DNA of 28,737 nt, taken from an uncultured virus (IMG/VR IMGVR_UViG_2643221865_000003). Its lineage: Duplodnaviria; Heunggongvirae; Uroviricota; Caudoviricetes. Of this stretch, positions 8,701-17,040 are shown in pieces. Both the position numbers and the translations under genes were made by a program. Position 1 is the stretch's first letter. Each line of letters opens with the position of its first letter. The stretch lies in the IMG/VR virus record IMGVR_UViG_2643221865_000003. The stretch is one strand, 5' to 3'. Below the pieces are notes generated by a model, which ran no database searches, was not told the DNA's origin, and was given only the letters and a program-made list of their open reading frames with translations.

Positions 8701-9260
8701 CTGGATATGGATCTTTCGCCGGGGCTACCGTCCCCACTGTGATCGGCACGCATGCCGTCGGAAAGACGCTGACTGCTGTACCTGCTTCCGGGTGGTCGCC
8801 AGCTGCGACGTCGTACACGTATCAGTGGCTCCGCGCTGGAACTCCGATTGCGGGTGCGACAGCCTTGACCTACACCCAGACAGCTACCGACGCCGGCAAG
8901 GCTCTTTCGGTGCGTGCGGTGGCGGTTAGGGCCGGTTACACGAGCAAGTCGTCAACCTCGACCGCCACTATCACTGCCAAGGGCACATTCGCCGGAACCG
9001 CACTGCCTGCCGTGAAGGGAACCAGGAAGGTCGGTTCGACTCTGACCGCAGCACCTGGGTCTGGCTGGTCGCCCGCAGCAACGTCGTACTCGTACCAGTG
9101 GCTCCGTGCGGGGGTTGCAATCCCTCGGGCGACATCTTCCTCGTACAAGCAGGTGTCCGCAGACCTCGGGAGGGTCATCACGGTGAAGGTCACCACGGAT
9201 AAGGCCGGATACACGAGCAAGTCCCGGACTTCGGCGAGGGCCGCAACGACAACGAGGTGA
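5703..9260 (+). CDS. Secreted multidomain protein: cutinase-like alpha/beta hydrolase + vWA-like + PKD/Ig-like + five 91-aa Ig-like repeats
   Basis: Signal peptide (..SAAIAA-ES); FRGTGE, GYSQG, CHKIDLVC and DHLTY cutinase motifs; DVMVFFDTT/IRVGVV/FRADADRAILAIGD vWA-like strands; YQWLR repeats. Confidence 0.8.
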   Translation: MGNVGGSSSKASFGRWGAGLAALIVGALVAGLVVVSPGSAAIAAESCVPLAMIAFRGTGEGQVQFDTEWDGQAYSYVPFKHIKNARNDLNGQRRATGWEGIRLHELLRGFEAIEPVLAESIPLIEMGNVNDPRTLTENGYPADVSYDFWSAGEGVKEGRARIEAFQAQQPAPCAPTKFIAIGYSQGAMAARALIQQKPTWFAGSVLVADPYQKPNAEGVSGEGAWGNGIARTGLMIALTRLASAKPSATALSRLDSYYDTSATKTSYCHKIDLVCTSVPWGGADHLTYFHDRDERTAQAAELATLVKRFTSTPPVPEAVFPNRKLDVMVFFDTTKPSDLPKIAAMLEANRKKFTTGRDIRVGVVEMGTGWPWLAPTTDFDAVLNFIKTYKAPTSTQGDWLDMIEHQVFGKWAYDTQLFRADADRAILAIGDRGDQAVRSENSLYSWTLETFVADIVGRSKGTGRSVGGSGGRRIAAPVTRFYGEPDVGKKTGGSSATLEPGDTAGLTSIIDRVVSPPVAAITVPALALFGGKGGGTGSAAGAPSVAAAVPVSSEGSTGSSTLTTEYSVDGAPFSKPVLSAVATLNIIQPGEHEVTTRVTDASGDSSTTTETVLVLDQESLREAEESVARSLAASVSWSGTGATVQGGTISAIPGTNRLISARIIKGAESADLSSAAASVIDLGYSKPAGTDGVASIAFSLPTGIPRGEYTIQVADMNGRFALLPFSAPVQLFTGSALPAVSGSHVVGATLTAAPGLGWAPTATSFTYQWLRDGVAIAGATKSSYLQTAADAGKALSVSVTAIKAGYVSRSFNSIPTVTANGTFTGSATPTVTGTHSVGKLLTAAPAVGWAPTPTSYTYQWLRAGSAITGATAQTYTQSIADLGSAISVRMTALKAGYTSKSSISTAVITAKGIFAGSALPTVTGTHTVGNTLTAALGAGWSPTATSYTYQWLRAGVAISGATSNTYKQAVADAGKTIAVTITAVKSGYASRALTSAAATTGYGSFAGATVPTVIGTHAVGKTLTAVPASGWSPAATSYTYQWLRAGTPIAGATALTYTQTATDAGKALSVRAVAVRAGYTSKSSTSTATITAKGTFAGTALPAVKGTRKVGSTLTAAPGSGWSPAATSYSYQWLRAGVAIPRATSSSYKQVSADLGRVITVKVTTDKAGYTSKSRTSARAATTTR
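7890..9250 (+). repeat. Five coding tandem repeats, period 273 nt (boundaries approximate)
   Basis: TA(T/C)CA(G/A)TGGCT (YQWL) starts at 8001, 8274, 8547, 8820, 9093. Confidence 0.9.
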
Positions 9261-9313
9261 CCGCGCTCCGCCACATGCCTCCCTGGCACCTGCACCCCAA
9301 GGAGTAACTCATC

Positions 9314-9760
9314 GTGGACCGCCTAGCCACCCTTCGACAGGCCGCCAGCATCGGCGGCGTCAACCTGCACCTGCCCCATGAAGCGCTCGTCGGTCCGACC
9401 GGTCGTGGTGTCGCCACCGGCTGGGTGGAAGCCCAACCGTGGGTGGGCACAGAGCCTGGTCGGCACCTGGTCGACGCGCTCGATGTGATCGCCGGCGACC
9501 TGTTCGACGCCAGCATCAACACCGCGGTCATCCCCGAGGAGGACCGTCTCCATTTCCTTGTCCCGTTCTCCCCTGGCGGCACCATCCACGTCCATGTCGC
9601 CGGGACAGTCGACAGTAACGACACCCCCGGCCTCCTCGCCCGTGTCGAGGTGGAGCAGCCTGCTGTTCCGAACGGCCGGGAAGCGCATCTGGCCGATGAA
9701 GCTCACACCCGCACTCTGCGGCACATCTTCCAGCTTTGGGGTTCCGCCGTCGCCGCCTGA
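9314..9760 (+). CDS. Hypothetical protein
   Basis: AAGGAG RBS before GTG; class B motif at 9270-9278. Confidence 0.65.
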   Translation: MDRLATLRQAASIGGVNLHLPHEALVGPTGRGVATGWVEAQPWVGTEPGRHLVDALDVIAGDLFDASINTAVIPEEDRLHFLVPFSPGGTIHVHVAGTVDSNDTPGLLARVEVEQPAVPNGREAHLADEAHTRTLRHIFQLWGSAVAA

Positions 9761-9792
9761 CAGCCGAGCGTGTCACTCGCGCATAGAACCGT

Positions 9793-10812
9793 ATGACTGA
9801 GAGCCCCACGCGCCCCGATGACCCGTCCGAACTCCCGGACCCGATCGAGGTCCCCGAGACGTCGTACGGTTACGCCGACGACGACACCGACTGGCCAGAC
9901 GACCCCTACCGGAACGAAGCGCCAGCGGACAGGAAGCGCCGCCTCCGCACGAACCTGATCGTCGCCACGGCCGTTGTGGTCGCCGCGATCTTCGGCATCT
10001 CCGTCCTGATCTTCTCCCAGCTCTCCGATGCGGAGGTCGCTGACACGAAGGCTGCTGCGGCTGGGTACCGGTCTGCTGTGACTGTGTTCTTCGCGGATCA
10101 GATGGATGCGCAGAAGTCGGTGAACGAAGCGGAGGCTGCTGTAGCTGAAGCCCAGGAGGTGTTGGACGGTTCGGCTGGGAAGACGTTCGACAACATCGCC
10201 CGCGAGCAGCTGGCGGATGCGATCAAGATCCGGTCGGCTGAGGTGAAGGAGGCCGCCGACGCCGTATCCGCTGCAGCGCTTCCGGATGTGAAGCCGAAGC
10301 ATGTGGCATGGGACCACGGTGTCGAATACGTGAAAGCCGCGAAGAAGATCGCTGCGATCGAGCTGCCGACCGCCGCCGCCGCCGCCGCCGCCAAGACCGA
10401 CATCCTCGCTGCTCCGGCCGCTGCGGTGGTCGCCGCTCAGGCCGCGTGGCGGAAGGAGCAGGACCGCCTGAACACGATCGCCCACACGGAGTGGGTGCGC
10501 ACTGCGGGGTTCCAGTCGGAGATTGACGCGTGTGACGGGTCGGTGGACATCTCTGACAACTACTGGGGGAAGCGGACGGTTGCTGAGCACTGGTCGTGCG
10601 GCGGCCGTGATTTCCCGACGGCTGCCGGGGCGATCGTGGAGTTCTCCGGGGTGGTGTCCGGGAAGTTCGAGGTCATCGGTGTTGTGGCCAGGTTGAACGT
10701 GAACACGGACGGTGTCGCGGATGTCCCGTCGGGCTTCGATCTTCTGTACCAGACGTGCTGGGCGGGTGACTCGTCGGACATGACGTTTGTCGGTCTCAGA
10801 CGGGTTGCCTGA
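9793..10812 (+). CDS. Membrane-anchored protein with helical stalk and C-terminal sortase-like domain
   Basis: Acidic N-tail, one TM helix, Ala-rich stalk, VAEHW...LLYQTC resembling the sortase His / LxTC motifs. Confidence 0.65.
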   Translation: MTESPTRPDDPSELPDPIEVPETSYGYADDDTDWPDDPYRNEAPADRKRRLRTNLIVATAVVVAAIFGISVLIFSQLSDAEVADTKAAAAGYRSAVTVFFADQMDAQKSVNEAEAAVAEAQEVLDGSAGKTFDNIAREQLADAIKIRSAEVKEAADAVSAAALPDVKPKHVAWDHGVEYVKAAKKIAAIELPTAAAAAAAKTDILAAPAAAVVAAQAAWRKEQDRLNTIAHTEWVRTAGFQSEIDACDGSVDISDNYWGKRTVAEHWSCGGRDFPTAAGAIVEFSGVVSGKFEVIGVVARLNVNTDGVADVPSGFDLLYQTCWAGDSSDMTFVGLRRVA

Positions 10813-10897
10813 TTTCCGCACATGTAGGTCGTGAAACTGCGAACCGAGCCCGGACGGTCCTCCCACCTCTCCCTTTTTGCCTTAGATCGGATCCACC

Positions 10898-11914
10898 TTG
10901 ACTGCTGACACCCGCACTGACGACGACCGTAAGAAGCGTCGGTTCTTCATCTTCCCGTTCCTGCCGTGGTTCGGCGGGTTCGCTTTGACGACCGCCCTGT
11001 TCTTGGGCATGGCCGGCGCTGTGCTGCTGTGGCAGTTCAACGATGTGAAGCTCGATGAGGCGCACGCGTCGATCAACCGGTACAAGGAGTCTGTCGCCCT
11101 GTTCGAGGTGAAGCACCGTGTCGCGTCGCAGAAGCTCGCTGATGTGCAGAACGCCCTCGGTGACGCCGGCCTGCTGCTGGAGGAGTCTGACGGGCAGGTC
11201 GGCGATTCCGGCGCCCGGCAGGTGCTCGCTGATGCGATCGCTGCTGTGGAGGCTGACATTGCCGGCCCGAAGGGTGGGATCGCTTCCACGAAGCTGCCGA
11301 AGGGGAGGCCCGGGTCGACTTGGTTCGACGGTGGCGCCCAGTTCCTCACGGCTGCTGACTCCATCGACGGTCTGGTGTTCCCGGAGTTCGATGAGCATGC
11401 TCTGATCGCGAAGCTTGCCGGACCTGCTCAGGCAACGGCGGATGCTGTCGCTGCGGCGGGTGGGACGGTCTCGAACGGGCAGGGTGGTTTCGGTCCCGGG
11501 ACCGGGCCGATTGAAGGTTCCGGGTCGGCTGGCTCCGGTTCCGCGGGCGGCGACGACGGCGGCGTGGGTGACTCAGATGACCCCGGGTTCATCGAGTACG
11601 TGAACACCGCCGGGTGGCAGCCGGAGGTCGACGCGTGCAAAGGATCGGTCGACGTCACCGCCCACTACAAGGTGAAGACCGTCGCGGAGCACTGGTCGTG
11701 CGGCGGGAAGAACTTCCCCCAGGAGCGTGGCGCGAAGGTGACGTTCACCGGCGGCCTCACCGGCCAGTACCGAGTGCTGGGGATTGTCGCCCGCGCGAAC
11801 GGGTGGACTGATGACGCCCGCAACCTCCCGAAACGCTACGACGTTCTGTACCAGACCTGCTGGGACGGAAAGACGACCGACATGACGTTCACCGCGTTGG
11901 AGCGGATCATCTGA
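10898..11914 (+). CDS. Paralog of 9793-10812; membrane-anchored sortase-like protein
   Basis: Shared TAGxQxExDACxGSVD, TVAEHWSCGG and LYQTCW..DMTF motifs; N-terminal TM; Gly-rich linker; start uncertain (TTG). Confidence 0.65.
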   Translation: MTADTRTDDDRKKRRFFIFPFLPWFGGFALTTALFLGMAGAVLLWQFNDVKLDEAHASINRYKESVALFEVKHRVASQKLADVQNALGDAGLLLEESDGQVGDSGARQVLADAIAAVEADIAGPKGGIASTKLPKGRPGSTWFDGGAQFLTAADSIDGLVFPEFDEHALIAKLAGPAQATADAVAAAGGTVSNGQGGFGPGTGPIEGSGSAGSGSAGGDDGGVGDSDDPGFIEYVNTAGWQPEVDACKGSVDVTAHYKVKTVAEHWSCGGKNFPQERGAKVTFTGGLTGQYRVLGIVARANGWTDDARNLPKRYDVLYQTCWDGKTTDMTFTALERII

Positions 11915-11915
11915 C

Positions 11916-12488
11916 ATGGGCGCCCATAGTTACCAGGTGACCGCCCGGCCGGTCGCTGACCGGCTCGTCGACGCTGCCCTGGTGACTGCCCGCATCACGT
12001 CGATCGGCGCCGCACCGGTCGCAACGAAGCTGAAGCCTGTAGCCCGGAAGGTGAAACCCCATCTGGTGTCCGCCGCCCGGTGGACAACCGATTCCGCGTT
12101 CGCCCTCAAACTCCGATGGATCGTCCTGGTCACCGCGGTCGTCACCGCGGTCACCGGCTCACGCCTCTGGATGTTCGTCTCCGGCCGGCTCGCCGGTCAT
12201 GTGTACCGGCAGTACCGGTACGGGGTGATGCTCGGGAAGGAGGTCGCCGGCGGCGGTCTGGCGAACCTGGCTGAGCACCGCGAAGCCATGGATCTCGGGT
12301 TCCCGTGGACTCACCGCCAGTATGCCTACCTGCTGCAGTCGAAAGCTCGTGACCGTTTCGTCCGCACCCGCCTCCATGACGAGCTCGCCGCATTGCCGCC
12401 GCAGCTCCGGCTCGCCCACAAGGAACAGCTGGTCGCCGAGGCGACCGAAAGGTTCTCAGCTCGCCGTTCCGAGTTCATCCACTTCTGA
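11916..12488 (+). CDS. Hypothetical protein with one hydrophobic segment
   Basis: ORF fills the gap between neighbours; alternative GTG start at 11937. Confidence 0.6.
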   Translation: MGAHSYQVTARPVADRLVDAALVTARITSIGAAPVATKLKPVARKVKPHLVSAARWTTDSAFALKLRWIVLVTAVVTAVTGSRLWMFVSGRLAGHVYRQYRYGVMLGKEVAGGGLANLAEHREAMDLGFPWTHRQYAYLLQSKARDRFVRTRLHDELAALPPQLRLAHKEQLVAEATERFSARRSEFIHF

Positions 12489-12498
12489 CCCCCCACAA

Positions 12499-12510
12499 GC
12501 CACACACCTA
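12499..12510 (+). promoter_or_regulatory. Class A motif GCCACACACCTA, 6 nt before ATG 12517
   Basis: 12-mer match; no RBS. Confidence 0.75.
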
Positions 12511-12516
12511 CGTGTC

Positions 12517-13545
12517 ATGCCAGAAAGCACACTCACCCGGTACAAGAACGTCGGCCTCGTCGGCAACGGCGGATGGATCGCACCCAAGGAGCACCAAGGC
12601 GCTTCCGCGCAGGTGATCGACGGTATCGTCGCAGCTCCCGCCTACCCGTTCAACGTGTTGGAGTACGAGACGGTCGGCGACGCGATCGCCCGCACCGTCC
12701 GCACTTACACCGGCAAGGACGGTGTGAAGGAGACCGTGAACACGTTCTACTCGGACGCCGTCGACGGGTTGACCACCGACCAGATGGACGCGATCCTCCG
12801 CGGAGAGGTCGCCGACGTCCGCGAGGAGATGAAGGAGCGCCTGGCTAAGGCGCACCGCGCAGCCGCTGAGCAGGAGGCTGAAGACATCACCCGGAAGCTC
12901 GGAGCTGACTGGCGTTCGATGGACGACGACGACCGGAACGAGATCGTCGAAGCGGTCATGGAGGTCGACCGTCACGACGCCGTCGGCATCCTCACCCACA
13001 TGACCGAGAAGCAGCTGTTCCGTCTCCCGCTGGGGAAGACGATCGTCGAGCAGGCTGCCGGCACCGGGATCACCGGCATCGAGTTCTTCGACGAGGCGAA
13101 CGCTGACGCTCAGGCCGCCGCCCGCCGGCAGGTTCTGCTCGGGATCTTCGCTGAGCACGGCGCCGACCCGGAGCACCCGGAGACGGTGGAGGCTGCACGC
13201 CGACTCGTCGAGGACGGCCCGAAGGACTGGTCTGAGCTCACTGTCGACGTCGCCTGGAACGGCACCCTCCACGAAGCTCGCATCCCATCAGACGAGTTCG
13301 GCCGCACCAACCCTGACGGCCGTGAGTTCGAGTTCGTCGGCGTCACCGTCATCATCCACGACCCGTACGACGGGGAGACCGTCGACGCTGTCCTCCCGAC
13401 ATTGAAGGCACGAGCCACGGACCGGAACCCGGTGACGGTCGACACTCCCGACAAGCCGGGCTCCTGGTCTGCACAGTCGGGCCGGCAGCACCGCGGCCTG
13501 ACCCCGGATGAGTTCCGAGCGTCCGCTCCCGGCGGCACGTACTGA
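12517..13545 (+). CDS. Hypothetical acidic protein with GNGGWIAPKEH tag (342 aa)
   Basis: Start reassigned to avoid overlap with 11916-12488 and to follow the motif; GC3-biased codons. Confidence 0.75.
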   Translation: MPESTLTRYKNVGLVGNGGWIAPKEHQGASAQVIDGIVAAPAYPFNVLEYETVGDAIARTVRTYTGKDGVKETVNTFYSDAVDGLTTDQMDAILRGEVADVREEMKERLAKAHRAAAEQEAEDITRKLGADWRSMDDDDRNEIVEAVMEVDRHDAVGILTHMTEKQLFRLPLGKTIVEQAAGTGITGIEFFDEANADAQAAARRQVLLGIFAEHGADPEHPETVEAARRLVEDGPKDWSELTVDVAWNGTLHEARIPSDEFGRTNPDGREFEFVGVTVIIHDPYDGETVDAVLPTLKARATDRNPVTVDTPDKPGSWSAQSGRQHRGLTPDEFRASAPGGTY

Positions 13546-14045
13546 TGAAGAACGCATTCCTGCAGGGAGCCGACGGGAAGATGGTCGGCTCTCTGCCTCA
13601 ACCGAAGTCCGCACCCGAGGTGACGCTGTCCACCGTGTACGGCGAGCAGCAGGTCACACCCGGTCGGCTGGATGCCGGCGCCCGCGAAGCGTTCCTGAAC
13701 GGGCAGTGCGTCGCGTTCGCCGCGGCCGCCGCCCGCCGGTTCAACGTGGACGAGATCGTCCTGTGCGTCGACACAGAGGATGAGTTCATCATCCACGCGC
13801 TCGTCGAAGTCGGCGGGGAACTGTTCGATGTCGACGGTGCCACCGATCAGGAATCGTTCGCTGAGGTGCACGGCCTCGACGAGGACGACTTCCGCTGGGA
13901 GCCTTGGACTGTCGCTGACCTAGACCGGTTGGCGGAGTCCGAGCTCGGGTTCACCCTGCCGGAGCAGGACGTTCAGACCGCCTCGACGATGATCGACCAG
14001 TGGCTCGAGGACGGCTTCGGACCGGAAGGGTTCCGGGAGATCTGA
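13545..14045 (+). CDS. Small protein with putative Cys-His-Asp triad (papain/transglutaminase-like fold) and QGADGKMVGS tag
   Basis: FLNGQCVAFA...IHALV...FDVDG; TGATG coupling to upstream gene. Confidence 0.65.
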   Translation: MKNAFLQGADGKMVGSLPQPKSAPEVTLSTVYGEQQVTPGRLDAGAREAFLNGQCVAFAAAAARRFNVDEIVLCVDTEDEFIIHALVEVGGELFDVDGATDQESFAEVHGLDEDDFRWEPWTVADLDRLAESELGFTLPEQDVQTASTMIDQWLEDGFGPEGFREI

Positions 14046-14581
14046 TGAGCGTCTACCTGCAGAACGCTGACGGGAAGCTGGCCGGCTCACTCCCGCAGCA
14101 GAAGTCGGCGGCTGAGGCGGAACTCGTCTCAGCGGACACCGTGACTGTGGAGATCGCTGGCGGCTCCACCTACGAACTCACCCCCGGGGTGCTGAACTTC
14201 GATGCCGAATGGGCGTTCCAATCAGGGCAGTGCATCGCTTTCGCCTCAGCCTTGTCGAAGCGGATCGGCAGCGACGACATCCTCGTGTACCTCCGCGAGG
14301 ACCGTTCAGTCATCCACGCCCTCGCGTACATGCCCATCGATGGCGGCGAAGGCGTCGCCTACGACATCGACGGGATGATGGACCTCGACTGGTACGAACG
14401 CGAGCTGAACGACAAGTACGGCGCGTACGGATGGTCGTTCGAGAGCTTCACCCCGGAGACCATCGACCTAGATTCCGACACCGGGATCGGCGCTGGTCTG
14501 CCGACCCAGAACTTCGAGATCGCAGAGTCGATGATGGACGCTTACGCGGACCTGGGCCGCTGCGATGCGATCGGCGTCTGA
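14045..14581 (+). CDS. Paralog of 13545-14045, Cys-His-Asp protein with QNADGKLAGS tag (178 aa)
   Basis: FQSGQCIAFA...IHALA...YDIDG; TGATG coupling; shared LPxQ motif near the C-terminus. Confidence 0.65.
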   Translation: MSVYLQNADGKLAGSLPQQKSAAEAELVSADTVTVEIAGGSTYELTPGVLNFDAEWAFQSGQCIAFASALSKRIGSDDILVYLREDRSVIHALAYMPIDGGEGVAYDIDGMMDLDWYERELNDKYGAYGWSFESFTPETIDLDSDTGIGAGLPTQNFEIAESMMDAYADLGRCDAIGV

Positions 14582-14911
14582 CTACCGCAGCTCACGCCGC
14601 CACCCTGAGTTGACGGCCGACGCCACCTGCTGGAGCGCTTCGGTGGCCGCTTCATCGACGGTGTTCATGTCCGCCGCGGAAGCTCGCAGGTCAGTGTCGA
14701 ACTGACCGGTCTCCGCGGCGAACGACGATCCGACGCGGCCGAGCTCACCGGCGAGCCCGGCGATCGCACGGTCGAGACGGAGTGTGGCGGGGAGCATCGC
14801 CAGGTTGGCTGCGTCTGATGGGCTGCCGGCGGCGCTCAGCCCAGCGGCTGCGTCTGAGAGTTCATGTTCAACGGCTGACAGCCGATCTGCGTGCAGTGCG
14901 ATCTGCGTCAT
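14582..14911 (-). CDS. Small helical protein, WXG100/ESX-partner-like (109 aa)
   Basis: About 100 aa, Ala/Leu-rich amphipathic helices, C-terminal ..TVDEAA; last gene of the lipase-lipoprotein cassette; no literal WXG motif. Confidence 0.5.
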   Translation of the reverse strand: MTQIALHADRLSAVEHELSDAAAGLSAAGSPSDAANLAMLPATLRLDRAIAGLAGELGRVGSSFAAETGQFDTDLRASAADMNTVDEAATEALQQVASAVNSGWRRELR

Positions 14912-14913
14912 GC

Positions 14914-15429
14914 TCAGTAGTCCTTGAACCGGCTCTGACCCTCGGCAAGCTGCACGCACGGTGAGTACGACGCGATCGTCAGAGTGAGTCCGTCGTCGGC
15001 GCCGGAGGAGATGATGAGCATCGCCCCGTCCTTGGTGCCGACCGACACACGGTCGTACTTGTCACTGGGGCGGTCCAGCTCCAGCCGGGCCGGGTCGGTG
15101 GCTTCCAGCTTCTTCTTGATGGACTGCACCAGTGCGTCACCGTCTTGCGCTGTTGTGAACGTCACCACGGTCTCACCGGGCCAGGTGACGCCGTCTTCGA
15201 CTTCCTCGCAGTTGGACAACCGCATCTTGGTGCGCTGGTCAACGTTCGCAACGATCTCAGCGGGAATCATTGCGACGACATCGTCTTCGAGCTGGAGGGC
15301 GCGCGCTTTGGCTTCTTCGACGGTCATGGTCGTTCCGCTCGGTTCAGGGGCTGGCTGGTCGGCGCATCCGGCGAGGACACCGAGCAGGAGTGCCGCTGCG
15401 ACGACGGCGACAGGGCGGATGTGTCTCAT
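14914..15429 (-). CDS. Lipoprotein, putative immunity protein
   Basis: Lipobox LAG-C; internal Cys and C-terminal SPC; 4-nt overlap with the upstream hydrolase. Confidence 0.7.
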   Translation of the reverse strand: MRHIRPVAVVAAALLLGVLAGCADQPAPEPSGTTMTVEEAKARALQLEDDVVAMIPAEIVANVDQRTKMRLSNCEEVEDGVTWPGETVVTFTTAQDGDALVQSIKKKLEATDPARLELDRPSDKYDRVSVGTKDGAMLIISSGADDGLTLTIASYSPCVQLAEGQSRFKDY

Positions 15430-16943
15430 CCGAAGAGGTCCCGCTTCATAGTGTCGATCACCAGGCGATTCTCCCAGCTCTTGGACGCCACCAGGTCGTG
15501 GTTCTTCGCCGCGGCGTCCAGGTCGAGTACCGGTCCGTTCGGGGTTTCACCGATGACGATCGGTTTCGGTCCTTCGTAGTAGTCGTCGTACTCGAACCCG
15601 GACCCGTCTGAGCGTGGGGTGTTCCCGTCACCGACCAGGCCGGTGGCTTGCGCCATCTGGAGGACATCGTCGTAGGAGTAGTCGCTGTAGTCGGTGCTGG
15701 TGTCCGCCTGCCAATCACCGGGCATCCACGCGCCGGACAGGGAGACGACATCGTCGTAGTGGGCGCCGAGGGTTTCGGATCCGGTAATGTTGGTCAGCCC
15801 CCACGAGTGACCCATGCCGATGGTTCGGGCGTCGTCGATGTTCTGGTCTTGGTCGAGCCCGTTCTGCAGGGAGACGAGACGGTCGCTGGTGACTTCGTAG
15901 GAGTTCGAGTCGTTCGCTTCCAGGATCCGGCTGTAGTCGACACTGCCGTCGGCGCTTTCGCCGGGGTATAGCCCGTCTTTCACGACGAACGCGAGACGGG
16001 TCGGGTCGCCGCCGGTGAGTTCGGATGCGATCATCTGGGCGCCGCCGCTGTAGAACAGTGGGCTGCTGGCGAAGGTGCCGGGCGAGTAGGTGAGAACGTC
16101 GGTGACCTGTGGGCCCGGGGTGCCGATCATCTCGATGATTCGACTGCGAGCAGGGTCGTACAGGTACAGCTGGATGTCGCCGTCCGCGACCCCTTTCAAG
16201 TACTCGAGCTCAGCCTCCTCTGCTGTGCTGAGCCCTCGATTGGCTTCCCGTTCGGTGAGGTCGTCAGCGCGGTCGGCGGCCATCACCTGGTTGGCTGCCA
16301 CGCGTGCGGTCGCGGGGATCCCGTCGAGGGAGCCGACCAGCCACGGTGCCTTCTTAGTCAGAAGCAACATGGTTGCTGCGGGCAGGCTCGCCCACCAGGC
16401 GGCTGCGGTTTCCGGGTCCATCGACCAGCGCAGTGCCAGGTCCCGAAGTTTGTCGTCGGACAGGTGCGCGAGCTGGTTGGAGGTGTAACCGCCAAGCTTC
16501 AACGGGCTGGTAGCTGCGCCGGCTGCGCTCTGCGCGTTGGTGGTGATCGCGGCGAGCTCGGCGGCGGCAGCTTCCACCTTCATCGCCAGCTGGTCGAAGT
16601 CATCCTCTATGCGCTGGAGAGCTTCGTCGGGGTAGCCGATGTAGGAGTGCGGGATCTTGTTGAAGGCTGAGGCCGCATCGGCACGGATGCTGTCGGCTTC
16701 CCGCAGGTACCCGCGGACCTTCTCGACGATTTGCTGCACGTCGTCGTATCGGCGGGCGCGGGACGCCGCTGAGCGCGTGATGGCGTCGCCGGTCAACCCT
16801 TCGATGCCGGGGTCAGCGGCTGCGGACCGGTACGCGTCAGCCGCCTCCTGGAGGGCACCGACCATCTTGTGCAACGGGCCGTCGCCGTCCGTGTACGGGC
16901 TGGCAGCGGCGATCGAGCGAAGCTCCCTGAGCGCGTCGGCCAC
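15426..16943 (-). CDS. Alpha/beta hydrolase (DUF1023-like lipase) with helical N-terminal region; putative T7SS effector (505 aa)
   Basis: GHSWG nucleophile elbow, YSPGT, AAAWWASL..P.LVGSLDGIPATARVAAN segment typical of actinobacterial DUF1023-type proteins; GGGGGA RBS before GTG 16943. Confidence 0.7.
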   Translation of the reverse strand: MADALRELRSIAAASPYTDGDGPLHKMVGALQEAADAYRSAAADPGIEGLTGDAITRSAASRARRYDDVQQIVEKVRGYLREADSIRADAASAFNKIPHSYIGYPDEALQRIEDDFDQLAMKVEAAAAELAAITTNAQSAAGAATSPLKLGGYTSNQLAHLSDDKLRDLALRWSMDPETAAAWWASLPAATMLLLTKKAPWLVGSLDGIPATARVAANQVMAADRADDLTEREANRGLSTAEEAELEYLKGVADGDIQLYLYDPARSRIIEMIGTPGPQVTDVLTYSPGTFASSPLFYSGGAQMIASELTGGDPTRLAFVVKDGLYPGESADGSVDYSRILEANDSNSYEVTSDRLVSLQNGLDQDQNIDDARTIGMGHSWGLTNITGSETLGAHYDDVVSLSGAWMPGDWQADTSTDYSDYSYDDVLQMAQATGLVGDGNTPRSDGSGFEYDDYYEGPKPIVIGETPNGPVLDLDAAAKNHDLVASKSWENRLVIDTMKRDLFG

Positions 16944-17021
16944 GGTCCCCCCATCCGGTCGAAGAGTCAGCCTATTCGCTGACCCCGGAAACCCTCGAGT
17001 CCTCTCTTGAGCGGACACCCG

Positions 17022-17033
17022 GCCACACACCTA
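17022..17033 (+). promoter_or_regulatory. Class A motif GCCACACACCTA, 7 nt before ATG 17041
   Basis: 12-mer match; no RBS. Confidence 0.75.
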
Positions 17034-17040
17034 TGACGGC

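Noticed and set aside
7890..9250. 273-nt repeats as a non-coding array or DGR template/variable repeats
   Set aside because: They are in-frame protein domain repeats; differences are not adenine-specific by eye and no reverse transcriptase is present.
10371..10392. (GCC)n run as a phase-variable repeat
   Set aside because: In-frame trinucleotide run encoding poly-Ala; slippage would not shift the frame.
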